Origin: Phycisphaerales bacterium
GTDB taxonomy: Bacteria > Planctomycetota > Phycisphaerae > Phycisphaerales > UBA1924
Reading direction: 5' to 3'
Length of the DNA stretch: 64,000 bases
Assembly: GCA_965227775.1 (NCBI GenBank)
Contig: OZ245777.1
Coordinates: forward strand, 2,528,001 to 2,592,000
The notes beneath the pieces are model-generated. The model saw only the letters and a program-made list of their open reading frames with translations, had not been told where the DNA came from and did not search any database. The position numbers and the translations under genes were made by a program. This document shows, one piece after another, positions 1 through 9,738 of the stretch (its first letter is position 1; each line of letters opens with the position of its first letter).

Positions 1-43
1 CAAGCTCTCCTGGGCGATGCGGTGCATCGCGCTCGTGTCTCTG

Positions 44-1024
44 TTATCGTTTCGCGCCGGCGGCGTCGCGCAGCAGCGCGCTCACGGATTGGTCGTGGTG
101 GATGTTGTGGATCGCGTCGCCGAGCAGCGGGCCCAGGCAAAGCTCAACGAGCTTGCCTTCCAGCCGCTTGGCACGATCACTGAGCGGGATGGTGTTGGTC
201 ACGATGACCTGGCTGATCGGGCTCTCGATCAGGCGATCGATGGCAGGGCCGACCAGCACCGGATGCGTCGCGGCAACCATGACTTCCTTGGCCCCCTGAT
301 CCATGACGAATCGGGCGGCCTCGCAGACGGTGCCGGCGGTCGAGATCATGTCGTCGAACATCAGGACCGTCTTGTCCCGGACATTGCCGATGAGCGTGTC
401 GGTAATGACCTCGCTGCCGCTGACGCGCTTCTTGTTGATGATCGCCAGGTCGGCCGAAAGTAGGTTCTGCATCGCTTCGGCCATCTTCACGTTGCCCACG
501 TCGGGGCTCACTAGGCAGAGGTCACCCAGTCGATCGCGATGCTCCCGGAAGTAGTCGAGGAAGACTGGCGTCGCCGACAGGTGATCGGTCGGCAGGTCGA
601 AGAAGCCCTGGATCTGAGCGGCGTGCAGATCGATAGCCAGCACCCGGTCGGCGCCGGCCGCGGTGATCAGGTTGGCGACCAGCTTCGCGGTGATGGGCAC
701 GCGGCCCTCGTCCTTGCGATCCTGCCGCCCGTAGCCAAAGTAAGGAATCACCAGCGTGATGCGCTTCGCCGACGCGCGCCGCAGGCAATCGATGAAGATG
801 AACAGTTCCATCATGTTGTCGTTGACCGGATGGCACGTCGACAAGATCACGAAGCAGTCACGGCCACGGACGTCCTCGTCGAGCTTGACGAGCAGTTCGT
901 CGTCGGGGAAGGCCATCGTTCGAGCACTGCCCAACGGCAACTCCAGATGGGCACAAACCCGCTCTGACAGCTCTTTGCTGTAGCGGCCGCTGAAGATCTT
1001 CAACTGGTTGGGATCGATCTTCAT
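44..1024 (-). CDS. prs: Ribose-phosphate pyrophosphokinase
   Basis: Motifs YFGYGRQDRK, DLHAAQIQGFF, VSPDVG and the PRPP-binding DDMISTAGT; 326 aa. Confidence 0.97.
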   Translation of the reverse strand: MKIDPNQLKIFSGRYSKELSERVCAHLELPLGSARTMAFPDDELLVKLDEDVRGRDCFVILSTCHPVNDNMMELFIFIDCLRRASAKRITLVIPYFGYGRQDRKDEGRVPITAKLVANLITAAGADRVLAIDLHAAQIQGFFDLPTDHLSATPVFLDYFREHRDRLGDLCLVSPDVGNVKMAEAMQNLLSADLAIINKKRVSGSEVITDTLIGNVRDKTVLMFDDMISTAGTVCEAARFVMDQGAKEVMVAATHPVLVGPAIDRLIESPISQVIVTNTIPLSDRAKRLEGKLVELCLGPLLGDAIHNIHHDQSVSALLRDAAGAKR

Positions 1025-1821
1025 GTGCGCGTCCCTTCCGCGGCGGCGTGCCGCTGGCGGTAGATCCGATCGACCTCGGCCAATTGCTCGGGGGTGTTGA
1101 TACTCAGCACGTCCTCGGCTGGGACGGCATCGACCACCTCGACCCGGGCTCCGCCGGCAAGCAGGAGCGCGGGCACGTCGGTCAGGTAGTACTCGCCGGT
1201 CTTCGGGTTCCGCTCCACGTTTCGCAGCGCGTCCATGAGCGGGCCGAGCTTGAAGCAGTAGTAGCTCGGGTTGATCTCTCGGATGAGGAGCTCTTCGTCT
1301 GTAGCGTTCTTCTGCTCGACGATGCGAGCAAACCGGCCGTCGCCGTCGCGAACGATGCGGCCATAGCCAGTGGGATTGTCAACGACGGCGGTCGCAAGCG
1401 TGGCTGCGGCGTTGGCATCGCGGTGAGTGTCCAGAAGGGTCCGAATAGTCTCCTGCCGGATCAGCGGTCCGTCGCCACAGAGCACGAGCACGTCGGCGTC
1501 CGGCGAGACGTCTGCGAGTTCGCTCTCGGCCGCTAGAACGGCATGCCCGGTACCCAACTGCTCTGCCTGCAGCGCGAATCGGACGTCGCCTTCGGAGCCG
1601 TCGAGCGCCGATTCGACGTGGTTGCGCCCGTGCCCAACCACCGCGACCACTGGCGAACATCCGACCGCATGGCACGCCTCGGACACGATCGACACCATCG
1701 GGCGGCCGCCGACCTGATGCACAACCTTGGGCAGATCGCTGCCCATGCGGGTGCCCTTGCCTGCGGCCAGGATGATCGCGCAGGGACCGTTGTCGCCGTG
1801 ATTTGCGTCAGGTTCGCTCAC
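1021..1821 (-). CDS. glmU: Sugar-phosphate nucleotidyltransferase, GlmU uridylyltransferase domain only
   Basis: AIILAAGKGTRMGSDLPKV, EQLGTGHAV, GYGRIVR, GEYYLTD. Ends about 266 aa with no hexapeptide acetyltransferase domain. GTG start at 1821 chosen because the longer ORF runs through the tRNA; ATGA overlap with prs. Confidence 0.85.
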   Translation of the reverse strand: MSEPDANHGDNGPCAIILAAGKGTRMGSDLPKVVHQVGGRPMVSIVSEACHAVGCSPVVAVVGHGRNHVESALDGSEGDVRFALQAEQLGTGHAVLAAESELADVSPDADVLVLCGDGPLIRQETIRTLLDTHRDANAAATLATAVVDNPTGYGRIVRDGDGRFARIVEQKNATDEELLIREINPSYYCFKLGPLMDALRNVERNPKTGEYYLTDVPALLLAGGARVEVVDAVPAEDVLSINTPEQLAEVDRIYRQRHAAAEGTRT

Positions 1822-1874
1822 GCTGCTCCCGAGGGAATCGGAACCGCAGCGGCGGCGAGCGGGGCACCGGGAAA

Positions 1875-1945
1875 CTACCCGACCAGGATTCGAACCTGGA
1901 CTTTCAGTACCAAAAACTGAAGTGCTACCATTACACCATCGGGCA
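1875..1945 (-). tRNA. tRNA-Gln (TTG)
   Basis: TGCCCGATGGTGTAATGGTAGCAC...TCAGT-TTTTGGT-ACTGA...GGTTCGAATCC...TCGGGTAG cloverleaf; CCA not encoded. Confidence 0.95.
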
Positions 1946-2297
1946 GTGAGATCTGCTCGGTGCGCTCGCGGCCGGCGGTGCTCCTTGCCAATCGTGCCAA
2001 AGCACGAACCCATGCCTTCATCACGCCGGGACCATCCCGACGCGGCGGTGGCACGGGGCGATACAGAACGCTGGGATTGGCTCAGGCCGCTCCCGAAACG
2101 CTCGCACGCTGGCTCTTAGAGCTGGATCACCGATCTGGGCCTACACCCGTCGGCAACCCCTGCCTGCGCCTCGCCTCTGGAGGCCCCATCGGGCGTTCCT
2201 TGGCTCATCGCAGCCGGCTCCCGTCCTGCCGCTTCGCGAGGCGGATGGTAGCACCCAGGCCGACGCCGAGGACGCCTGGCTCTACGCTTGAGCCACG

Positions 2298-3524
2298 ATG
2301 GTTCGCCTTGGCATGGTCATTTCGATTTTCATGGTTGCTGCCGCTGGGAAAGCGGCCCAGGACGATGCTTCGATGACGGCGCCGGTTGACCTGCGAGTGG
2401 CCTCGTTCAACATGGAGGACGTGTCGACCAGCGATCTGCTTGTGAACGACCAGCCCCGTGTGAAGGCCCTGGCCGAGGTGCTCCAGCGGCTCCGGCCGAC
2501 CGTGGTGCTCATCAATGAGATCGCTTACGACTGGCACGGCGTGCCTGGGGTGCCGCTCGACGAGCCCGAGGGTTCAAACGGCAGGCGTTTTGTTGATCAC
2601 TACCTTGAGGTCAGCCAGGGCGAGGGCCTCGAGCCGTTGCGATACCGAGCGGTCATGCTGCCCTCCAACACGGGGCGGCCCAGTGGCTTCGACTTGGACA
2701 ACGACGGCGAGGTCATGACCGCCTATCCGCGGCCCGCTCGCTCCAACGAGCAAGGCATGGCGGCCGCTCAGACCGAGGAAGGCCGGGCCTTCGGCAACGA
2801 CAGCTGGGGCTTCGGCACCTATCCGGGCCAATACGCCATGGCCCTGCTCGTCGATCACCGTCTTGACGTGCTCGACGAGCAGATCCGCTCGTTCCGACTG
2901 CTGCCGTGGAACGCCATGCCCGACGCACGTCGGCCTATGAACGACGACGGAACGCAGTGGTACGACGACGAAGAGTGGGAGGCGATGCGCTTGAGCTCAA
3001 AGTCCCATTGGGACGTTCCCGTGAAGCTGCCCAATGGCGCCGTTGTGCACGTTCTGTGCAGCCATCCAACCCCTCCGGCGTTCGACGGCCCCGAAGGTCG
3101 CAACAAGGCCCGCAACCACGACGAGATCCGATTCTGGGACGACTACCTCGACGATCGAAGCTGGATCGCGGACGACCAGGGCCGCGGAGGTGGACTGCGC
3201 CGCGATAAGTTGTTCGTGATTCTGGGCGATCTCAACGCCGACCCGGAGAAAGGAAGCGACATCGGCGATGCCATTGGCCGCCTGATGAGGAACCCAAGGG
3301 TGCAGCGGATCGAGGCCCCCCGTCACCAAGCAGACGTTGAGGGGCTGGAGCCGACGGACACCGCCCGCTTCGGTTTACGCGTCGACTACGTGCTTCCCAG
3401 CAGGGGCATCGAAATCGTCCGCAGCGGCGTCTGGACGCAAACGCCGACGGCATGGGGCGATTCTGGGACGTTTCCGAGCGATCACTTCCCCGTCTGGGTC
3501 GAACTGACGGTGCCGGCGTGGTAG
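2298..3524 (+). CDS. Secreted endonuclease/exonuclease/phosphatase (EEP) family protein
   Basis: Signal peptide; LRVASFN, INEI, SHPTPPAFDG, ILGDLNAD, LRVDYVLPS, SDHFPVW motifs. Confidence 0.9.
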   Translation: MVRLGMVISIFMVAAAGKAAQDDASMTAPVDLRVASFNMEDVSTSDLLVNDQPRVKALAEVLQRLRPTVVLINEIAYDWHGVPGVPLDEPEGSNGRRFVDHYLEVSQGEGLEPLRYRAVMLPSNTGRPSGFDLDNDGEVMTAYPRPARSNEQGMAAAQTEEGRAFGNDSWGFGTYPGQYAMALLVDHRLDVLDEQIRSFRLLPWNAMPDARRPMNDDGTQWYDDEEWEAMRLSSKSHWDVPVKLPNGAVVHVLCSHPTPPAFDGPEGRNKARNHDEIRFWDDYLDDRSWIADDQGRGGGLRRDKLFVILGDLNADPEKGSDIGDAIGRLMRNPRVQRIEAPRHQADVEGLEPTDTARFGLRVDYVLPSRGIEIVRSGVWTQTPTAWGDSGTFPSDHFPVWVELTVPAW

Positions 3525-3628
3525 GTGCTTCGGCAAACCCGCAGAAAGTAGAAAATTTGCGGCCAGACCGCAAAGATTCCTGTGTCACAGAAGGTTTGGC
3601 TGGAAGCGACCCGGAGTCCCCAGTGCAG

Positions 3629-4594
3629 ATGACCCGCATGGAGCAACACGCCGCATCGATCGCCGTCGCACCGGCGGCAGCGCGTGGGCTCAGCATGGCC
3701 GCGCTCTACGAGACGACCAAGCCTCGCATCACGAGGCTGGTCACGATCACGAGCGCCCTTGGGTTCGGGCTCGGTGCGCTCGCGTACAAGCCGGCCACCT
3801 TTGAGTTGATCACCGGCTTCATTGCCGCGATCTTCGGTGCGGGCCTCGCTGCGGCCGGCGCCAACACGCTTAACCAGTGGATGGAGCGCGGCCGCGATGC
3901 CCAAATGCCGCGGACGCGCTCACGGCCGCTTCCAACCAATCGAGTCTCGCCGCGGTCGGTGCTGTTCTTCGGCATCGAGCTTTGCGCACTTGGCGTGATC
4001 CTCGCCTGGGGGCTCGCTGGGCTGCCGGCGGCGGTGCTGATCGCCTCGACGGTGCTGAGCTACCTGTTCTTGTACACCCCGAGCAAGCCAGGCTTGTGGA
4101 GCAGCACGTGGATTGGTGCCGTGCCGGGCGCGCTGCCTCCGGTCATCGGCTGGGCGTGTGCGGGCGGCACGTGGGCTTCGTTGGTCGAGTTTGGACCGTG
4201 GGCGCTCTTTACGATCATGTTCGTCTGGCAGATCCCACACTTTCTGTCCATCGCCTGGATGTACAAGGATGACTATGCAGCGGGCGGATACCGGGTGTTG
4301 CCGGTCGTTGATGCGAGCGGCCGCTGGACATGGGCCATGATGGTGCTCTGGGCGGCCATCCTGCTGCCGGTCACCGTGCTCCCGCCGCTGGCGATGGACG
4401 TCACGCCCGGCTTCATCGCCGTGCCCGCTGGCATCATCGCGGGTCTGTGGTTCCTGTCGCTCACCATTCGTGTCGCCCGCTCTCGCACACGCGACAACGC
4501 CCGCCGGGTGCTCATCGGCTCAGTTATCTACCTGCCCGTGCTGCTCGCAGCCTGGGTGGCCGACGCGGGGCTTGGGGCCGCGCTGGGGTGGTAG
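3629..4594 (+). CDS. cyoE: Protoheme IX farnesyltransferase (heme o synthase)
   Basis: TKPRI, NQWMERGRDAQMPRTRSRPLP, GAVPGALPPVIGW, WQIPHF, YKDDY; start could be 3629 or 3638. Confidence 0.93.
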   Translation: MTRMEQHAASIAVAPAAARGLSMAALYETTKPRITRLVTITSALGFGLGALAYKPATFELITGFIAAIFGAGLAAAGANTLNQWMERGRDAQMPRTRSRPLPTNRVSPRSVLFFGIELCALGVILAWGLAGLPAAVLIASTVLSYLFLYTPSKPGLWSSTWIGAVPGALPPVIGWACAGGTWASLVEFGPWALFTIMFVWQIPHFLSIAWMYKDDYAAGGYRVLPVVDASGRWTWAMMVLWAAILLPVTVLPPLAMDVTPGFIAVPAGIIAGLWFLSLTIRVARSRTRDNARRVLIGSVIYLPVLLAAWVADAGLGAALGW

Positions 4595-5490
4595 CCAGCG
4601 TCGATTGGCTCGTACGACTCGAAGGCGGCGTGGTCGAGCATCGCGTCCGACGAAGCAAGCCAAGGCGTGCGCTCGACGGCGTGACGCTTGATGTGAAGCC
4701 GGGCGATCACGTCGCCCTGCTCGGCCCCAATGGCTCGGGCAAGTCAACGCTCATCAAGGCGATCGCGGGACTGCAGTCGCTCACCGGCGGCACGCTTCGG
4801 TGTCGTGGTGGTCTGAAGCTGGGCGTGGTCTTCCAGCATCCTGCGCTCGACCCGCTCCTCACCGTGCGTGAGAATCTCCGCCTCCAGGCATCCCTCTTCG
4901 GGTTGCGCGATGCGAACGGTGCGATCGAGCGTTTGTGCGCCGAGCAAGCGATCGATGATCGTCTCGACGATCGCGTCAAGACGCTCTCGGGTGGGCTCGC
5001 TCGGCGGGTCGAGTTCGTGCGCGCGATACTGGCCGAGCCCGACGCGCTGCTGCTCGATGAGCCAACGGTGGGGCTCGATCTTCCTGCCCGAGCCGCGTTG
5101 CTCAGGGCCATTGATACGCTGCGACTCACGAATCCGGACATCGCCGTAGTCATGAGCACGCACCTGATGACCGATGCCGAACGATTCGAGCGGGTCGTGA
5201 TGCTCAGCCAGGGTGCCGTCAAGGCCAACGGAAAACCTGAAGAGCTTCTCGGGCAACTGGGTGGCGTCATCGTGTCGATTCCGGCTGGATTCGACGCCGG
5301 CGATTCGATTCCCGCCGATCCCCAAGCCGATGGCTCTGCGATCGCGCGGCCAAAGGACGATGAACAACTGGCGGTGTGGTCGGCGCAGCTTGCCCAGGCC
5401 GGCGTGCCCTTTTCCGTACGCAAGCCAACGTTGGCCGACGCCTACCTGCACGTTGCACGGGCGCCATTGCAGGGCGAGGTCGCGGCGTGA
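4588..5490 (+). CDS. ABC transporter ATP-binding protein
   Basis: Walker A GPNGSGKST, signature LSGG, Walker B LLLDEPT, STH; GTG start overlaps the cyoE stop. Confidence 0.92.
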   Translation: MVASVDWLVRLEGGVVEHRVRRSKPRRALDGVTLDVKPGDHVALLGPNGSGKSTLIKAIAGLQSLTGGTLRCRGGLKLGVVFQHPALDPLLTVRENLRLQASLFGLRDANGAIERLCAEQAIDDRLDDRVKTLSGGLARRVEFVRAILAEPDALLLDEPTVGLDLPARAALLRAIDTLRLTNPDIAVVMSTHLMTDAERFERVVMLSQGAVKANGKPEELLGQLGGVIVSIPAGFDAGDSIPADPQADGSAIARPKDDEQLAVWSAQLAQAGVPFSVRKPTLADAYLHVARAPLQGEVAA

Positions 5491-6266
5491 CTGGCGCACG
5501 CGCCTCGAGCGCCCTGGCCCTGCGTGAGGTCCGCCGTCTCTGGCGGCAGCCGCTGCGAATCGTCGTGGCTATTGCGACGCCGGCCACGATGTGGCTGTTT
5601 ATCGCCAGCGGGTTTGGCCACAGCGTGCGGTCGGACGCGCTTGGCGACGAAGCCGGCTCTCTGATCCTCTACCTGCTGCCGGGCATGGCATCGCTGGTCG
5701 TGTTGTTCAATGCGATCTTTGCGTCGATCTCCCTCATCGAAGACCGTCACGAGGGGTTCCTGCAGGCCGTGCTCGTGAGTCCCGCTCCTCGGTGGTCGAT
5801 GGCAGTGGGGAAGCTGCTTGGCGGCGGGATGCTGGGTGTTGCCCAGGCCCTGGTCTTGCTCGTGTTCTCACCGCTGGTGGGAGCTTCGCTGACGCTTGGT
5901 GGCGTTTTGGCTGTGGTCGTCGCGCTTGCGTGTCTCTCGCTGGGCATCACCGGCCTTGGCCTCGCGGCGGCCTGGAAGATCGACTCGGCTTCGGGCTTTC
6001 ACGGCGTGATGAACCTCGTGTTCATGCCCCTATGGCTGCTCAGTGGCGCGATCTTTCCGGTCGAGGGTGCGAGCGGCTGGTTGCGCGCGCTGGCGACCGT
6101 GAACCCGTTGGGCTGGTGCCAGCGGGCGCTGGCATCAGGACTCGGCGGAGGAATTGACGCGCTCGCCGTCGCGCTCTCGGCAGTCTTTGCGGTTTCGGGC
6201 GTGGCCTTGGTGATAATCGTCATGGGGCGCGGCAGGCCCAGTGTTATTGTGAGCGTTGGAGATTGA
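5487..6266 (+). CDS. ABC-2 type exporter permease
   Basis: About 6 TM helices, DRHEGFLQAVLVSP, LSGAIFP, NPL; GTGA overlap with the ATPase. Confidence 0.9.
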   Translation: MTGARASSALALREVRRLWRQPLRIVVAIATPATMWLFIASGFGHSVRSDALGDEAGSLILYLLPGMASLVVLFNAIFASISLIEDRHEGFLQAVLVSPAPRWSMAVGKLLGGGMLGVAQALVLLVFSPLVGASLTLGGVLAVVVALACLSLGITGLGLAAAWKIDSASGFHGVMNLVFMPLWLLSGAIFPVEGASGWLRALATVNPLGWCQRALASGLGGGIDALAVALSAVFAVSGVALVIIVMGRGRPSVIVSVGD

Positions 6267-6267
6267 C

Positions 6268-6951
6268 ATGTCCCAGAAGCGGTTGTTCATGGCCATCGTC
6301 GTGGTGGCGATCATCTTCCTCGGCCTCGTGGGTACGCTCATCATGATGCGCCCGCGCGTGGTGACCGATGCCGAACTGAAGGACGTGGCCAGCGATCCGC
6401 TTCAGCCGGACGAGATGCTGGTTGGTTACTCAATCCCCGAGTTCGTGCTGACGAACCAGGACGGCCAGGCGGTAAGTGAGTCGATCCTTGACGGCGAGAT
6501 CACGATCCTTGCCTTCATCTTTACAAACTGTCCGTTTGCGTGCCCGGGTATGACCGGACAGATGCTGCAGCATCAGGCCGCCCTCGAGGGCACCGGCGTG
6601 CGGTTCTTGAGCATCAGCGTGGACCCCGACAACGACACGCCCGAAGTCCTCAAGGCCTACGGCGAGCGCAACGGCATGGACTTCGGCCGTTGGAATCTAC
6701 TCACCGGGCCGTTCGAGGATGTCCGTTCGATCGTGAGAGACAGCCTCAACTTTTTCGTGGGCGAGGATGCGAGTCGCCAGATCACGCTGGCTGATGGCAG
6801 CACCATGAACAACGTGAGCCACCCTTCGCATCTCATCCTCGTCGGCCCCGAGCGCGAAGTGCTGGGCATCTACTTGTACTACGAAACCGATCGCATGACG
6901 GCGCTTCGTGGTCGCGCGCGAGCCGCAGCGCGTGGAATCGACAATCACTAG
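6268..6951 (+). CDS. SCO family copper chaperone
   Basis: N-terminal TM, FIFTNCPFACP (CxxxC), SISVDPDNDTPEVL, conserved His (SHPSH). Confidence 0.92.
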   Translation: MSQKRLFMAIVVVAIIFLGLVGTLIMMRPRVVTDAELKDVASDPLQPDEMLVGYSIPEFVLTNQDGQAVSESILDGEITILAFIFTNCPFACPGMTGQMLQHQAALEGTGVRFLSISVDPDNDTPEVLKAYGERNGMDFGRWNLLTGPFEDVRSIVRDSLNFFVGEDASRQITLADGSTMNNVSHPSHLILVGPEREVLGIYLYYETDRMTALRGRARAAARGIDNH

Positions 6952-8471
6952 GTCGTTGCTGGATCGGCGGGCCCGCGAGCGATGTGCTCGCTCGTGCGCT
7001 TCATGCCGCTCAACATGCCGTTGAAGACGAAGTGGTGTAGCGGCAGCACCGAGTACCAGTACGCCAGGCCAAGCAGGCCCTTCGGCTTGAACCGCGCCGT
7101 CATGTGCAGGGTGCTGCCTTCCCCCGACTCGTCCGGATCGATGCAGAACTCCAGCGCGGCTTGCCCGGGAAGCCGCATCTCTGCGAGCAGATGGAGACGG
7201 CGGGGGCTATCGACAGCAATGACGCGCCAGAAGTCGAGCGCCTCGCCGTAGGCGACTTCTTGCGGGTGACGGCGGCCGCGTCGCAGCCCAGGGCCGCCCA
7301 CGATCTTGTCCATCCAGCCACGGATGCGCCAGAGGATGTCGGCGGCGTACCAGCCATGCCCTCCACCCACGCGGCACACGGCCTGAAAGACCGCCTCGGG
7401 CGGAGCAGCGATCTCGCACTGACGGGCATCGATGAAGACTCGGCCACCAGCCCAATCCGGATCGCCCTCGACGACGCCCGCCGACGACCACGAGGTTTCG
7501 ACCTCGGCAAGGCTGGTGCGCTTGAGTGCGAGGTGAATTGCCTGCTCAGGCGTGCGCGGGTTGTGGGGCATGGCCTCGCGAACGTCGTTCTCGCGCACGA
7601 CGACGGGGTTGCGTAGGCCCTCGGCAAGCGGGCGGCCGATGCGGGCGCTCACTGGCGTGACCAAGCCGATCCAGCGGCTGCTGAGCTCCGGAGTGAGCAC
7701 GGGCACGGGAATGACGAGTCGACGCGGGAGCCCTAGCTCCTCGGCCATCGTCCGCATGAGCTGGTTGTACGTCCGCACGCCGTCGCCGCCAACCTCGTAC
7801 GTCTTGCCGGCAGTGTTGGGTTCTCGCATGCAGCGGATAAGCCAATGCAGAACGTCGGAGATCGCGACCGGCTGGCACTCAGTGCTCACCCACTTTGGAG
7901 TGACCATGATCGGTAGCCGCTCTACGAGATAGCGGAGGATCTCGAACGAAGCCGAGCCCGAGCCGATGATCATCGCGGCTCGGAGCACTGTGACCGGAAC
8001 CGATCCAGCCTGCAGCACACGCTCAACCTCTCGACGTGAGCGCAAGTGGTCGCTCAGGTCCTCGCCCATCTCGCCAAGCCCGCCGAGGTACACGATTCGT
8101 TCGACTCCAGCGCGCTCGGCGGCGGCTGCGAACGAACTCGCGAGCCTTCGATCGTGTTCGGCGTACTCCCCTCCGGCTGAGATCATCGAATGGACGAGGT
8201 AGTACGCGAACCGGCAGCCACGCATCTGCTCGGCCAGCGCGTCGGTGTCCTCGATGTCGCCCCGAACGATCTCGCAGCCGTCGTCTGCAGCCCATCGGCG
8301 GCTCTCGAGCTTCCGAGGTTCCCGCGCAAGACATCGGATGAGAAAGCCCGCCTCCAAGAGCCGGGGCGCGAGCCGACCACCGATGTAGCCCGTGCCGCCG
8401 GTCAGGAAGACACGGGGAGGGCCGGGCCCTGGGACTGCGGAAGCACCAGCTTCGGAATTGGTCGTTTCCAT
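6948..8471 (-). CDS. Atypical SDR/NAD(P)-binding protein with C-terminal DUF2867-like domain (YbjT-like)
   Basis: TGGTGYIG Rossmann motif, YYLVHSM, HLRSRREV, GSGSASFE, ALDFWRV, AEMRLPG, GLAYWY. Confidence 0.88.
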   Translation of the reverse strand: METTNSEAGASAVPGPGPPRVFLTGGTGYIGGRLAPRLLEAGFLIRCLAREPRKLESRRWAADDGCEIVRGDIEDTDALAEQMRGCRFAYYLVHSMISAGGEYAEHDRRLASSFAAAAERAGVERIVYLGGLGEMGEDLSDHLRSRREVERVLQAGSVPVTVLRAAMIIGSGSASFEILRYLVERLPIMVTPKWVSTECQPVAISDVLHWLIRCMREPNTAGKTYEVGGDGVRTYNQLMRTMAEELGLPRRLVIPVPVLTPELSSRWIGLVTPVSARIGRPLAEGLRNPVVVRENDVREAMPHNPRTPEQAIHLALKRTSLAEVETSWSSAGVVEGDPDWAGGRVFIDARQCEIAAPPEAVFQAVCRVGGGHGWYAADILWRIRGWMDKIVGGPGLRRGRRHPQEVAYGEALDFWRVIAVDSPRRLHLLAEMRLPGQAALEFCIDPDESGEGSTLHMTARFKPKGLLGLAYWYSVLPLHHFVFNGMLSGMKRTSEHIARGPADPATT

Positions 8472-8492
8472 CGCGGTTTGCTCCGCACGCTG

Positions 8493-8717
8493 CTACAGCT
8501 TGGCTCTGATCCTGGGCAACGCACCCAACCGTAGCGTGACCGGCAGGCCCAAAGGCGTCGCGCTTGCGCGCCTGATCGCTCGCCCTGCCCGCCAGAGCTG
8601 GATGGCAGGTGTGAGTATGTCGTTGCTCGTGACGTGGGCAGCGCCTTCCTCGAAGCGAACCGTGACGCGCGACGACTTCCGGCCACGCCTCACGCTTGCT
8701 TCGAGCCGGCCTGCCAT
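8493..8717 (-). CDS. Small basic hypothetical protein (74 aa)
   Basis: ATG at 8717 overlaps the TGA of the upstream gene (TGATG coupling); fills the gap before the YbjT-like gene. Confidence 0.55.
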   Translation of the reverse strand: MAGRLEASVRRGRKSSRVTVRFEEGAAHVTSNDILTPAIQLWRAGRAIRRASATPLGLPVTLRLGALPRIRAKL

Positions 8718-8950
8718 CAGGCGTTTGGGGCGGCTCCCCCGTTGGCGTTGTCGCGGGTACGAATGCAGATGGTGCCGTCGAGTTTCCGCGCGGCGTGGGC
8801 CGCTCGATCGCCCGTGCCGCTGGGCACGTGCACGCTGAGCTTCTCGAACTCGTAGGTGATCTCGGCTCCGCGGCCGGTCAGCCGGTCGTACAAGCCAATA
8901 GCAAGGTCGGGCCACGTCGTGGTATGGTCGGCGGTGCTGGTGGTCGTCAT
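8717..8950 (-). CDS. Small conserved-looking hypothetical protein (77 aa, TWPDLAIGLYDRLTGR)
   Basis: GGAG RBS before ATG; globular beta-rich-looking sequence. Confidence 0.7.
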   Translation of the reverse strand: MTTTSTADHTTTWPDLAIGLYDRLTGRGAEITYEFEKLSVHVPSGTGDRAAHAARKLDGTICIRTRDNANGGAAPNA

Positions 8951-9151
8951 GTGTCGCTCCCAGAGATTCGGGTTGATGAATGCAGGTCCGAATTGCGCGT
9001 CGGAAGTTCCGACAGCGGATAACAGTGCGGTCGATCCAGCATCCGAGATGGCGAAAGAAGCGCTGACGCGGGTGAAAGGGGCCTTCGCGGCCCGCTTTCC
9101 CGCCATGAACGAGGGACGACCCGAATGGCGATCTTGACGTTACCATTCGAT

Positions 9152-9673
9152 ATGCACCCGACCACCGCCCACGTGCTCAAAACCTACGACTACCTCATCG
9201 CCGTGCGCACGAAGATCTTCGATGCCGCGCGCACGCTGACACCACACGACCATGCCAAAGCGTTTGATATCGGCCCAGGCTCTCTCCAGCGGACGCTCGC
9301 GCACATGGTCGGGGCCGAGTGGTACTACGTGCAGCGGTTGATCGGTGCAGAGTTGGCGACGCCGGAAGGCTGGCCGATCAACGAAGACGAGCCGCCCGGG
9401 CTCCCGGTCATCGAGGCCACTTGGACGCAACAGGCGCAGCAGACCCGCGCTGCGCTCGAGGCCGTCGATGACTGGCAAGCGGAGATTCGCTACGACGTGC
9501 CGTGGGGCGATGAGCCCCGCCGCGTGATCGCGACAGCGTCCGACCTTTTCACCCAGCTTGTGCTGCACGAGGTTCACCACAGGGCGCAGCTCTTGAACAT
9601 GCTCCGTCGCCTGGGCGCGCCCGCCGGTGATCTTGATTACAACGAGATGTGCTACCGATTCGAACCACTGTGA
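9152..9673 (+). CDS. DinB/YfiT family protein
   Basis: SLQRTLAHMVGAE and HEVHHRAQ His-triad motifs; TACCAT -10 box 5 nt before ATG. Confidence 0.88.
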   Translation: MHPTTAHVLKTYDYLIAVRTKIFDAARTLTPHDHAKAFDIGPGSLQRTLAHMVGAEWYYVQRLIGAELATPEGWPINEDEPPGLPVIEATWTQQAQQTRAALEAVDDWQAEIRYDVPWGDEPRRVIATASDLFTQLVLHEVHHRAQLLNMLRRLGAPAGDLDYNEMCYRFEPL

Positions 9674-9738
9674 CTGTTCCGGGCAGCATGGCCGTCGTCT
9701 AACATGCGGCTCGTCGTAGATGGCAAGCGGAGGCACAC

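Noticed and set aside
1986..1999. Sigma54-like TGGCACGATTGGCA on the minus strand upstream of tRNA-Gln
   Set aside because: GG-to-GC spacing is 2 nt too short for a -24/-12 promoter
1822..2013. N-terminal extension of the 330-aa GlmU ORF
   Set aside because: It runs through tRNA-Gln; the real start is likely GTG 1821
2117..2208. 30-codon minus-strand ORF (MSQGTPDG...) with a GGGAG upstream
   Set aside because: No recognisable features; compatible with chance in GC-rich DNA
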